Below are positions 24,566 to 37,175 of a stretch of DNA of 64,000 nucleotides, piece after piece (the first letter of the stretch is position 1; every line of letters starts with the position of its first letter). The notes beneath the pieces were generated by a model, which worked only from the letters and a program-made list of their open reading frames with translations, was not told the origin of the DNA and did not search any database. A program made the translations under genes and the position numbers. The stretch is from Vicugna vicugna (lineage: Eukaryota): positions 1,479,062 through 1,543,061 of the forward strand of contig MU057809.1 in assembly GCA_013265495.1 (NCBI GenBank), given 5' to 3'.

Positions 24566-27500
24566 CACAGATCTCAGGTCCTCATCTGCTGAATAGGCAC
24601 TGACCGCCCCGTCTACCTCCCAGCCTGCAGCGAGGAGTATCTGAAGCAACAGACACTGTCCACTAACAATCAGATTGGCCTTGTACCGAAACTGGTCAGA
24701 CAGTACACAAACCAATCACCAGCCATTTCAATTTACTCCTCACTGGAAATCTCACCACATGAGGAGTCATTATCGAGGTTAATAAATTAACACTGGCCCA
24801 TACTTTATTTGGAGGCAATTTAGTTACATAATGGGTCTGGAAATCTTCTTTTAAAACTATCTTCTTTTCATGTCAAAGGTAAAAGAAAAGCCTGTTTACA
24901 TGACGAGTTCAACCAAAGAGACAGCTTAATTTACTGTCGCAAGGAAATGAAATCTGCACAGTAACAGTTCAGACAGCAGCAGTTTTCACGCGTATGTATG
25001 TTGCCTCTTTCATGAGCACCCAGGTGCTTTTATGCCTAGTAAGACACAAACAATTCTTCGAAAGCACACTGAGTTTGGAGCAGCTCTGCGGTGTGAGGCC
25101 TTGTCCTAAGCAAAGATACTGTAAATGCAGCCACCTTCTCGTGGGGAGAAGCTGTGACTCAGAAAGGGGCCAACCCCAGAAGGGGAAGGCATCTCGCGTG
25201 AAATACCTAGCTTAAATTTTCAGGGGTCACTCAAACGGGTAAAAAAAAGAAACCATGTCATAATAACATCCATGTCATTTCCTTTAGGAGGAACTTAGTC
25301 CAGGATCCTAATAGCAACAATAACTGTAAGAATAAGAAGACAAAGCTGGCCCGCAAAGGACAGATCCTAGCAGATCTTCAGTGAAAAATGGGGATGTGGG
25401 GCCCCAGGGAAGATCTAATTCGCAGGGACACCAAGGCAGCAGCTCAGCCTTCGCAGGTGCACGTGCAGGCGCAGGCGCAGAGTCGGGAGAAAGGGCCTCC
25501 TGTGTGGCCCAGTGAGGGGACTCCATCTCCCACGGCAAAGGGAGATTAGAGTCAGAAAGAGAACGCAGACTCACGGAAGCCCAAGCCCGAAGGTCCGGGA
25601 CTCAGGGAGTGGAGGCTCCAGGGGCCGGGTGGCACCGACAGACCGGGAAGGGAAGGCTCAGCTGCCCCCGGGGGGGCTGGCTCCCACCTGCCATCACCTG
25701 GCTCCTCCTCGGGCGGTGCCGTCGCTCACCCGGCCCCGCAGCCCCCAGCTGCCTGCTTGGGGAAGAAGCACACCAAGTGACGTGGGAGACAAGCTGGGAC
25801 TCCATGCAGGGCGCGCTGGCTGCTTCTGACTCCTCAGAAAAGCTGTATGTAGTGACCACTGCCGTCACTGCTACCAAATTTTTGTTTGCTATACACACTT
25901 CCTATAAAATCCCTTGAGAAGAGGCCTCCAACTACAGTCGGTGGACGCAAAAGGGCTCGGACGCAGCAGGTTACAAAGCAGCAGACTGTGAAGGAGGGTT
26001 CTGTCCACTGACCGGCTCCCGCCGAGCCACGCCTGGCCCGATCTTGCCCGGCCAGCCCGCACGAGGGGACGCGGAGCCGTGTCGGTTCCGAGGGCCGACA
26101 GCGCCCGCCGGCTGTGCGCCACGACCCAGGTGCTCCTGTCAACTGACTCTGCCAACCATTAAAGACAGTCCGGCCACCACACCGACACCAGGGTCCTCTC
26201 CTTAAGAAGCACCTTCCTTCAAGAGCCAGGTGAAGGCCCATTTTTGCTTCCACATAAAACTAAAGGAAATCTGCCACTTAACACGTCAAGCGCTAGTTAT
26301 TCAGGGTGTGGGGGGCCCCCTCCGGAAAGCTGCCCCATAACACAATGCTACAGCTTCATGAGGAGTCGAAAAGGCTTGCTCGTGCTCAACAGAGTCCGCC
26401 TTTCAGAGGGGCCTTCGTTAGAAACCTGCAAACTGAGTTGAACCCTTTGTTACTAATTCCATGAAGAAACTATTTTCAGTTTCCAATTAAGGAGGAATAC
26501 TTCTTTAAGGATCCACATCTGCTTTTCCTCAAAATTATGATAAATCACTCAGACAGTGTTTTTCTTAGCTAACTTTCCCTTTCTTTTAAAGCTGCTAAGA
26601 CACTAACATAGAGTCTTCAGACCTTGGTCATTTGCTAAAACCAGGTGACTTCATGCTCCTGGTCAGGCTTACCCAGTTTCTGTAACTTTTCCGAGGCCAC
26701 ATGAGCATAGACATTTATCACGAACCTCAAAGTCCGTCTAGATGATGGGGGCGGGGGGGTGGTGGTGGTCAGAAAAACACAAACAAAAAATCCCACAAAA
26801 CCTCTACCTTTAACCAATGATAAAGTTGGCAAACAAAGTAGTCACTCAACATTTTTAAATGGGTTTAAAGATAAAAACATATCAAATCAAAAGAACTTAG
26901 TACCTTTCCAGTGTAACTGTTTCACCCCCAGTAATAAGAGGCCACGGTGACACAAAGTTTTAAGATGACAGATACTTCTCCGCTTTGATGAAACCACACC
27001 TCTTGCTCAGTAGGATGATGGTTTTTATTTCTTTAAAAATTACTTGAACAGTAGATGATGCCACAACCACCGTACACATTTTTTCGGGTATAAAGGGGTA
27101 CCTGGTGCCAAGTCTCCCATCTACTGGGTCCTGCTGCCGTGTGTCCCCTCTGCAGAAGCAGCAGCAGGGCAGCGTGCTGGGGGCTTCCAGACACCGGGAG
27201 ACTGATGCCAGCGAGGCATGCCTGTAACAGCCCAGCCACACCTGCCGCATCTGGGAGGACGAGGCTGGATGAGTGCTGGCTGTCCCCAGGGGGCGGGGCA
27301 AACAGGTGTCAAAGAACATAAGATGGAACCGGAGCTGGACGAGTGCTGTGCGGTGTGAGGCGGGACTGGAAAACTGAGCGACACTGGGATGGGTTAGCCG
27401 GTTTTGAGACATGTGGCCCCGGCTGTCCCTGCCTGTCTGCAGAGGCTGCTGGGTGGTCACACAGGGATGGAGATGAGTGAGGAGCCGTGTCTACACCGGG

Positions 27501-29334
27501 CGGGCCAAGGCTGGGCTGCGCGGGGTCGGCGAGCGCTCAGAACAGCACACTCACGGCTCCCCGCGGCTGTCCCGACTCAGGCGGGTCAGCACGTGTCACT
27601 CGGAAACCCCATAACCTGAATTAAAGACAATTCATGACCCAGAATGAGGGCCCCTCTCACCTTCGTCCAGGTTCACAAACGAGGGCAGAGGCACAAACAG
27701 AAACCGTCAGGGCATATCCTTTGCATACGTGAAGTCTTCGCTATTGGAGAGTCACCTTCTCAGGGAGGCCTCGCCTGACCATCCTATTTAAAACTGCAAC
27801 CCCCAGCACAGAATTCCTTCTTTCCTTTTCCTGTGTCTTTCCCGGCCCAGAATCTCACAGAACCTCAGGGCTGGAGGCCCTGGAAACGGCGCCGTGTCAG
27901 CTCCCCAGGCAGGTGTGAGGTCCTCACAGGTGGGAGCCTTCCAGCTGCACATGGTCACCAGGCTTGTGTGGCACACTTGCGGAGAGGATTCCGGACTTCC
28001 CCCCAGACCCCACTGCACCCTTCCTGTGTTTCCCAAGGCACCCCCCACCCCGGCTGAGATGGCTTCTGTGCAGCCCCGGGAGGCCACACGCCCTCCAAGC
28101 ACAATGAGCTTTTATTTTCAGCGCCCACAGCAGGCCCCCTGCACCTGACGAGGAACCCGTTTCCCTCCCACGGCAGCCCCCTCGGCCCAGCTCAGTGGGT
28201 GCAGAGACGCCAGGTGCCTGCACCGCGGTGGGTGCCGCACACGCAGCCAAGACGGGCAGCTGGGCCCGGCCCTCGTGGGGCGCGCTTGCTCCCAGAGAAC
28301 CGCAGCGCACGGGTCAACAGGAAGGTAAGCGAAAAGCCTGCAACCCAGCCTCAGGCTCCGAGCTCCAAAGGCAGTCGATACTCGGCCGAAAGCAGCGTGA
28401 AGGAGGCAGCTGCACCCAGGGCGGTCAGGGAAGGCCACAGAGGTGCCACGTCAGCTGACCCTGAGGACAGGCAGGAGCCGGCCACACGGCAAGCGGCAGA
28501 ACGAGACTTCCCAGTGGAAGGGAAGCAAAGGCCCTGGGGCCAGCGCTTCTGACAAAACACATCAGAGAGGCTGGTGCTTGGTGAGCGAGGGCAGAGGGGT
28601 GTTAAGTCAGCCGTAAGCCACGCGTGGGGGCGACAAAGGCCGCTTTGGCTCCATGTGAGTCATCTGGATTTTTCCTTGACTACAGTTTGAAAAGGTATGA
28701 AATATAATTCAGAAACAGGAGAAATTTAATGTCAAAGTGTCACTTTATCCAGCAGTCTGAAAGCTGGCCCAGGTGGACTCAGAAACGACCTGCTGGGAAG
28801 CACATCTTTCTGGGTTCTGAGTCTGTTCATGGCAAAGGCAAGGCTCTTTCACAAGCAGCCAAGACGACGACAAGACGGAGGAGCCCGCTCACACGGGCAG
28901 ACGAACCAGGCAGACAGCCTGCAGGTCACTGCTCGTACCTGCAGGCAGACTCAAAGCTTCAGTGTTCACCTTTATTCTGAGGTCACCCGAGGCCCCACAT
29001 TCTTCTGAGATGAACTCTGGTGAGCAGCCAGCACACCATGACAGCAAGAGATGAATGGTAGCTTCTCCCCGGGCACGCCTCCCTAGTCCAGAGCCACCCA
29101 GGGTGGAGGGGACGCCACCCGCCTGCGGCGCAGCCACGGGGAGGGGCAGGGACTCCGGCCTCCTTCCTGACCTTGCCTGGCTTGTGAGCCAAGAACGGTT
29201 CTCAGACAGAAATACCCACACTCGATTCCATGGTAAGAACATGAACTGTGCACCCTAGTTGAGTGAGTGCCCCTCCCCACAGAAGAGATCCTTTCTTTCC
29301 CGCAGTATACCAGTGTTATAAAACACTATACCCC

Positions 29335-29520
29335 GACGAGGACCTACTGTATAGCACAGGGAACTAGATTCAGTTTCTTGCAATAAAATATAAATAATGA
29401 AAAAGAACCTGAAAAGAAGAAAAATATGTAGACGTGTAACTGAATCACTTTGCTGTACACCTGCAACGAACACTGTAAATCAATTCACTTCAATAAAAAA
29501 TTCAAAAAATAAATAAAATG
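29335..29520 (+). mobile_element. Laurasiatherian/ungulate-type L1 3' tail
   Basis: gacctactgtatagcacagggaact...gtaactgaatcactttgctgtacacctg...acttcaataaaaaa. Confidence 0.85.
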
Positions 29521-32139
29521 CTTGAAACAGTAAAAAAAAATTATACTCAATTGTCATTATTACAGTAGCCTGAAATTATCACTAAAAAACTGGTGGATGT
29601 TTGTTTTCTTTCTTGTTATATGGTACCTACACAACGTCCTTGACATCGACCCCGGCCCTCCAAAGCCTGGAACGCTAACTCCAGGGCCAACTCCTCCGGC
29701 GCTGGCTTCTCCCCGCCAAGGCAGTTTATCTGATGTCCTACAGAGACAGGCTGGGAAATAAAACCCTCTGATCACTCCGACTTTACTTCAGAGAAGGGAC
29801 TCCTCCTTCCAACAGCAGAAACCCAGGCTCCCTGCGGCTGGGCGCCGCCCGTGCAGGGCGACCACGTGCACAAGCCGGCCAACCCGCGCCGCGCTCAGAG
29901 TCAACACTGCGCTGTGAGAGGCCGGTCCTCAGTCTCCACTGACGGCAGGCAGAAATCAGACCCACGTGTTTTCAGTTACACAGAATAATGAACAGAGAAT
30001 TGCTGCTCATGAAACCCCCAAACTGTATGAATGACTCTACGTAAGGAAACAAGTGTTGCAACTCCTGACCGACTCCCTGGGTGGCCCCAAGCGAAACAAT
30101 TCACCCTGAACACCTTCCCCGGGGATCACGGCAGCTCCTCCAGCCATCCTCTTTCCTGAGTCCAGGCTCCACCTGCCCCTCCACGCTGGCAAGGGCGCTG
30201 GCAGCACACAGCGGCAGGTGAGCCATCTGTCCTCCCTCTGAGCCTCCCAGCCCAGGGCTGGCTGCCAGGAACACAGGGTTAGGCTGTCTTCCTGCTCAGC
30301 AGAGTCCTGACCTCTGTGTTCTCGAAGCATGAAAAACATTTTGCTTGCAAGATCGTCAAAATTAAAATCTGGTTTTCCAGTTCTGTCAGACTTTCTTCCT
30401 CTTACTTATTCACACATCCCATCAATACCGGAATGCCTACTGGTGCCGGTGCTGTTCCAGGCCTGCGGGACATGAGGCCGGGCCCGGCACACGCGCCCGG
30501 GGCTCAACTCCAGGAGGCGACCGCTGGAACTCTGTGAAAAGGGAATAAACACCAAGATGCAGACAGACGCTGAAATTTCTTAATCTAGATAAACAAGATT
30601 AGAATGTATTTCCTCAGCTTTCCTATTCTGTTTCTGTAGCTTTTCACTTAGATTACAAATTCTGAAGCTGCTACTGGAAGCCACTCTTCCTTTGAGATGT
30701 TCTCTGTGGGTTTCTGTGTTTCACCCCTCAGATTTCACTGGGACAACATTCTCAGAATTCAAAGATGATCTACCTGCACAAACCAGCACCTGGAGAGCGC
30801 CCTGTAGCCAAGAGCGGCAATCCTGAGTCACGGGGGCCTCAGCTCTGGTGCACTCCTACCTCCTGAGCCTAAGACACATCTTGCGGGAACCCTTTCTCGA
30901 GCCCCGGTGAAGATCAAAGGCAGTGACTTGCAAAGGAGTGGAACAGAATGAACATTCTCAACCCTCCCAACCTCCAGGTGGTCTGCCAAAACCACTCCTA
31001 GAGGCGCTGACTTAAAAGATGCTGCCTGGGTTTACCCTCGGGGTTCCCAGCATCCATTTCTGGACCTCGGGTTTACTTGAATTCAACCCGGTTTAAGAGG
31101 TTAGAAACTGTCCTTCAGGAACCCGGCCCTTACCCATCACTGCCTAGCCCTGAGAAAGTAACCGATTCCTAGTGACTATTCATACACTCTTTGCGACGAC
31201 GACGACGACGCGGGGCTTTGTCGGAGAGGCCTCGCCCCGGTCCTGGTCCGCATGGGCTGGGTCGGCCCCAGGTGCTGATGGGCCTCCTCCCCAGCCTGCT
31301 CAGGGCCGCTGAACCCGAGGGACCTGACTCCGTGACTCCACAGGGACAAGACAGAACTGCTTATGTAAAAGGCTGCTGATCTAGTTGCAGTACTGACAGC
31401 GGGGAGGGCAAAGCGCATCCGGAGACTACAACTTCTACGAACCCAAGTCGAGAACTTTCTGATGGTCTGGGGAGAGTATCTGGGGAGGCAGCAGGAACAG
31501 AAAATGCGAGGCAGATGACATAAGAACCCGAAAGATCAGACGTTCCTGGTCTTTCAGTCGTGCTAATAATAAACCTCTGCAGATTTAGCAGGAAAAAAAA
31601 TGTTTTGGAAGACGCCCAGCCACTGCTCAGAAGAGTCAGAACAACTCACTGAATAAGCACTCAGGGACACTCTGCCCCAAGATGGAGCCGAGAGAAAATC
31701 AAAATGAAATCCTGGACTTCAAAGCATCTTGCCTTCTCGCAGGCTGGACATACAATTAGCTACAGAGACCAAGTGAAGAGGCACTTTGTAGACATAGTCA
31801 AGTACAAACTATACGTTATTATCTCTAAAATGCAAGGCAAATGAATGCTCCCACTGGAGTGATGGACATGCAGTAAACTACACAGAGAAACAAGGAAAAG
31901 TTGTTTCACTTTCACAGAACTAAAAAGTGCTTACGTACGTAGGCCAAAATAAAAATAAGTCCCCTTGAATCAGAGGTAAATACTTGGTACATTTTGGTGA
32001 AAACCATTACCATGACTCCCCCCGTTACTTTTTTACACTCAAAAATTGGGCCTTATAAAAAACTCACTCCTTTTTCAGCTAAACATATCACCACCATGTT
32101 TCCATGTCTCAAAAATATTAGTTTCGACATCAGTATCCT

Positions 32140-32620
32140 CAGGGCATTTCCAGACCCTGACCACTCCTAACACCCTGGTCTCCCTTGAGCGACGCAGCCA
32201 GTGACCCTCGGGTGTCCAGGCAGACTGTGTCCCTCAAACCCTCACGTGGAGCCCAAGGCACGTGGAGCGAGAGCCTGAGCCCCTCCGATGGCCAGCAAGC
32301 CCCTGGGCCCTGCACCCCTTCTCCGTCCCTTCCCGGCTTGCGGGGCTCCCGCCACTCCCTCCGTGGGAAGTGTTCTGCCCGCGCAGCATGCTCCTCTGCT
32401 CCGACGTGGCCTCTGACACAGGTCCCTCCGCCCCGCCCCGGCCCCGCCTCGCCGGCTCTTTGTCTTTGCCCACTAGCACTTCTCAGCCTGACGTCCGAGA
32501 GCAGTTATCCCGTCTGTTTCCCACCGAGGCCATAAGCTCGACCAGGATGGGGACTCGTTTTATTCTGACTGAGGCATCCTAAGGCCTGCGCACACAGGAG
32601 GTGCTCAGCAAATCTTAGCT
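32140..32620 (+). mobile_element. LINE-2 3' fragment (decayed)
   Basis: Ends gcctgcgcacacaggaggtgctcagcaaat, like the L2 3' terminus. Confidence 0.5.
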
Positions 32621-33809
32621 GACCTGGCCGTGCGGGGCCCATCCCACGCTGGGACCCACCAAGCACCCCCGTGTGTGCAGCTAGGTCGGTCCAGGTCGCT
32701 GACCCCGTGAATCACACTTCGATGCACATCTTCACTACTCCGAGTGTCGTCCAAGCGACACAAACTCCCCCGGGAGCGTCTCAGAAACGCAGACTCCCGG
32801 GCCCCATCTCTGGCCTCCTGAGCTGGCACCCGCCTTCTCACAAGGCCGCCAGGTGGTTCCACGCACACGGAAGGGCCTGAGCCTGGGCTGGGGTGAAGCG
32901 AGGAAGCCCAGCACCACCGAGGGAGGCTCCTCTCTCGGGTCACCAAGAGCCACACTGGCCCCCAAGAGGGCGCATCGCAGCCACCAGCCTATCCCGGCCC
33001 TGGTGACCATCTTCAGTCATCGAATCGCCCTCTAGAGAGAGAGGCAACACCAATTCACATCCTAGGCCAACTCGGCTTCCTGAAAAGAAACTCACCACGG
33101 GGCACACTCAGGGGGCCAGATGCCCTGGTCTGGACTTTCCCCCCCCTTCTCTGGCCGACCAGAGGCCGAGCATGAAGCCAGCACCGTCGGCCCGCAGGAC
33201 AGAGGGCGGAGGAGGGCCGGGAGGGCCCACAGGGCTCGCTGGCACCGCGTCCCACCACCGCACACGAGGAAGCGTCTCCCTTCGCCCAAGCTGACCGTGC
33301 TCATTTCATGTGATAATATTAAGAAGCCAACGGGCACGGAAAGCCCAGGGGGAGCTCGGGCACCGGAGAGAAGGCGGCTGCCTTAGCAGGGATGGGAGGG
33401 CGCGTGCGCCGCGGTCACTCCCAGCTTGGAAGTTATTTGACCTGTAGGCAGACTAAGGACCACCGTCACTTCTGAAGCAGGGTAGCGGCCTCAGGAAGGA
33501 CGTCCGAGAGCTCACACCGGGGTCACACACAGGACAGAAGTGTGAGAGGTGGGCACCAGGCAGCTGAAAAGAACGAGGCTCCGACATGTTTCCATTCCAA
33601 CTTCAGACTCCCAACATCTTCTTAATAAGAATAAAATCACTGGGTATTTCCAATCCTCTGGCAACTGAGTGGCAAAAGTGGTCATTAGCCCCCGAATACT
33701 TATGGTGACCATTATAAAAATGTGATGAATCCTCACATAGGTCTGATTAAATAGGAAGAAGTGAAAGTCAAGAAGTCAAAAGGAGGAGCTTAATCCAAAG
33801 CAGATCAGG

Positions 33810-35660
33810 AAAATAAATACATGGAAAGACCCTCGATGCCATGGGGACATGCAAACCCCAACCATAATGGTTATTTAAAAAAAAAGACAATGGCAAGCGT
33901 AAGCGAGCATGTGGAGAAACTGGAGCCCTCATGCTGGCAGGAGCACAAAATGGTGCAGTCACTCTGCAAAACAGTTTGCTCCTCAAAATGTAAACACAGA
34001 CTTACCACATGTTGCAGCCATGTCACTGTTAAGTGTATCCCCCAGAGAAACAAAAACATGCTCACACAAAGCATATGCCCACACATAAATGTTCACAGCA
34101 TTCATAAGAGCCCCAAAGTGGAAACGACCCCAATGTCCACCAACTGATGGATAAGCAACATGTGGTACACCCAGACAATGGAGTACTATTCAGCCGTGAA
34201 AAGGAGGACGTACTGACATATGCTAAATGTCGATGGATCCAGTAAACATTATGCTTAAAAGAATGAAAAGACAAGCTACAGACTGGGAGAAAATAACCAC
34301 AAAACACACTTCTAATAAAGGGCTGGTACCCAAAATTTACAAAGAGCTCTCACAATGCAACCAGAAAACAAACAATCCAATAAATAATGGGCAGAAGGGC
34401 TGAACCTCACCAAAGACACAGAAGTGACAAATAAACATACGAAAAATGTTCAACACTGTGTGTCATCACAGAAATGCAAGCTGAAACGAGACACCACTAC
34501 CACTGCCCACTGGAATGGCTAAACCCCAACACTGACGTCAATGCTGGTGCGGATGTGAAGCAACAGGAACTCCCATTTATTGCTGGTGGGAAGGTAAAAT
34601 GATACAGCCAGGCTGGAAGACAGTTTGGTGGTTTCTTATAAAAATAAACATGTTCTGCCCACATGATCCAGCAGTCACACTCCTTGGTATTTACCCATAC
34701 GAGATGAACACTTCTGTACATCTACACAGAAGGCTGCACACAGCCCTTCACAGCAGCTTTATTCACCATTGCTAACACTTGGAAGCAGCCAAGATGTCCT
34801 TTAATGGGTACATGGATAAACAAACCAGACAAAACAGCGGAGACATCTAGACAGAGGTCTGCGACTCAGCAATAAAAAGAAGCGAGCTATCGGGCCATGA
34901 AAAGATACGAGGAGGCTGAAATGCACACTGCTAAGTGGCAGAAGCCAGTCTGAACTGACTACATACAGTAGGGTTCCATCTACACAGCATTCTGGAAAAA
35001 GGCAAACCTAGGGAGACAGTAATACACCAGCGGTTGCCACGGGTTGCGGGGAGGGAAGGATAGGGGGTGAACGGGTGGAACTCAGGATTTTAGGGTAGTG
35101 AAACTACCCTGTATGACACAGTGGCGGTGGATACATCTGCCAAAACCCCAAGAACTAGGTAACGCAGAGGGAATTCTTAACGCAGCTGACAGACTTCACT
35201 CAGTGGCGATGCATCAGCACTGGCTCATCAATGCCAGCAAGGTAACTAACCTGAGAAGGGACTCCGAGGGAAACTTCTAGGAGGGGTATGTGGGAACTCT
35301 ATTTTCTGCTTAGTTTTTCTGTAAACCTGAAACTGTTCTAAAAAAATAAAGCTATTAATAAAAAAAAGTTAAGTGAGAGAGGCCAGACACTAGAGGCTAC
35401 ACGTTATATGATTCAATTCATACGAAATAGCCAGAATAGGTAAATTCAGAGAGAAAGAAAACAGAGGAGTGGTTGCTGGGGTCGGGTAACAGGGAGTGAC
35501 TGCTGAACAAGTCTGGGTTTCCTTCTGGGGTGATGGGAATGTTCTGGAACTAGACAGAGGTGATGGTTACACAACACAGGGAATGTACTAAATGCCACTG
35601 GATTCTTCACTTCGAAGTGGTTTATTTTGTGTTATGTGACTGTTATCTTGATTATGAAAA
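33810..35660 (+). mobile_element. Nested L1s: L1MB-like 3' end interrupted by a second L1M element (about 34256-35369)
   Basis: The outer element breaks at aaacattatgct| and resumes at |aagtgagagaggccagacac. The inner element restarts earlier in ORF2 and has its own aataaa/A-tail. Confidence 0.8.
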
Positions 35661-36229
35661 AAGCAGGATGAAAATACAAAGGTCATGTTAAAGCAACTTC
35701 AGCTGGTCCGGTGACATGTTTGGTGTCCCACGGAAATTCAAACACCGTCGGCCCGATTTCAAGCGCCTGGACCGACTGTGAGAATAACCACAGCGTGACT
35801 CCGCCTCGGGCCACCCAGGGGGCCGCTGCACCGGCGGCCGGAGGACGGGGCGTCTGCACTGGGCGGTCGGCAGAGCAGGAGAGAAGCGGGCTTGCGATAC
35901 AGAGTCAGCAGGGCTCACCAACGGGCGGATGCAGGGAACAGTGGTTTGGAAGGTGAGCAGGTTTTCAGCCGGAACCACCAGGCGGCGGGGCCACTTACTA
36001 AAACGGCAGAGGAGAGTGGGCCAAGGGGGTCAGGAGTTTGGTTTTGTGTGTCAAGTTCCAGATGCCCAAGGGACAGAGGCGGGGACATCAAGGAGGCAGT
36101 GGTACAGACGAGTCCAGAGGTCAGGGGAATACACAGGGCGACGGGTATAAACTGGGAAGTTACTGGTAGATGGATGAGTAAGAGAGGACTAAGGACACCG
36201 ATTTTTTTACTGTATGTTGTAGATACTGC

Positions 36230-37175
36230 TTCCCACTCAACTTCAAGCGCTTTTTTTGCCAAACAGAATTTTTGAAGTTGTTATGGAGTCAAAAAACCCA
36301 GCCCCCGACCTCTTCGTCATTTCTGTCTTTGGTGTCATAATGTCAAAGGCTGTCCGCTCCCTGGGATCATAAAAGTCCTCATCCATAATCTAGGCTAGTC
36401 TTCTCATGATTCATTTCTTAACATTTTCATTTTTAACCACGTGGAATTTGTTACTGCATTAGAAGGGGGTCCAGCTCTTTCTTCCTGAATGCTGGGCCAT
36501 CCTCACAGTGCTATGGACTCCGTCATCCATCTTTGTCCTCTGTTTGGAGATGAAGCCCCCACTTCGTGATAGTCTGAAGCCCCAGGCACACATGGGTCTG
36601 TCTCCCTGACCGGCGGCCTCGGCCTCAGCCAGCACAGCCCTGCCTGCATCACAGCAGCCTCACGACAGGTCAGAACTCCCCGTGGTAACTGCCCCAACAG
36701 CGTTGATTCCCCAGAATTTTGTGAGTTACTGCCACACATGTCCTCATCACACAAACCTTAGAGTGACTGTCAAGCTTCAAGGAAAGTGAACAGGGATTTG
36801 ATGGCGGTGTGTTCAATCCATAAACTGGCGTTTTTACAACACCAAGAATTCCCACCCACAAAAAGGAACCAATTTCTTCCCGGGCTTTTCAAGTTCTTCA
36901 GTGAAGTTTCACGGCTTTCACTGTATAGGTTTTACTCACTTATTGCTCATTCCTACGTATTTGATCCTTTTTGTTGGCCTCATGGATGGGATATTTTTCT
37001 ATGACAGGAAAGCACACACACACACATGTATTCTGCATCCAGCCACTCCCGTGACCATTTTTAATGCCAGCGACTTTGGATGGTTAATTCTGTTCCTTCC
37101 TTCCTAGCAGACACACCTCATTTCTTTGTCCTTTTATTTCACTGACTAGAATCTCCAGAACATCACTGAATTATG
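36230..37175 (-). mobile_element. Ancient L1 ORF2 relic
   Basis: Decayed antisense-ORF2-like stretches such as ctgtataggttttactcac and gtattctgcatccagccac. Confidence 0.45.
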
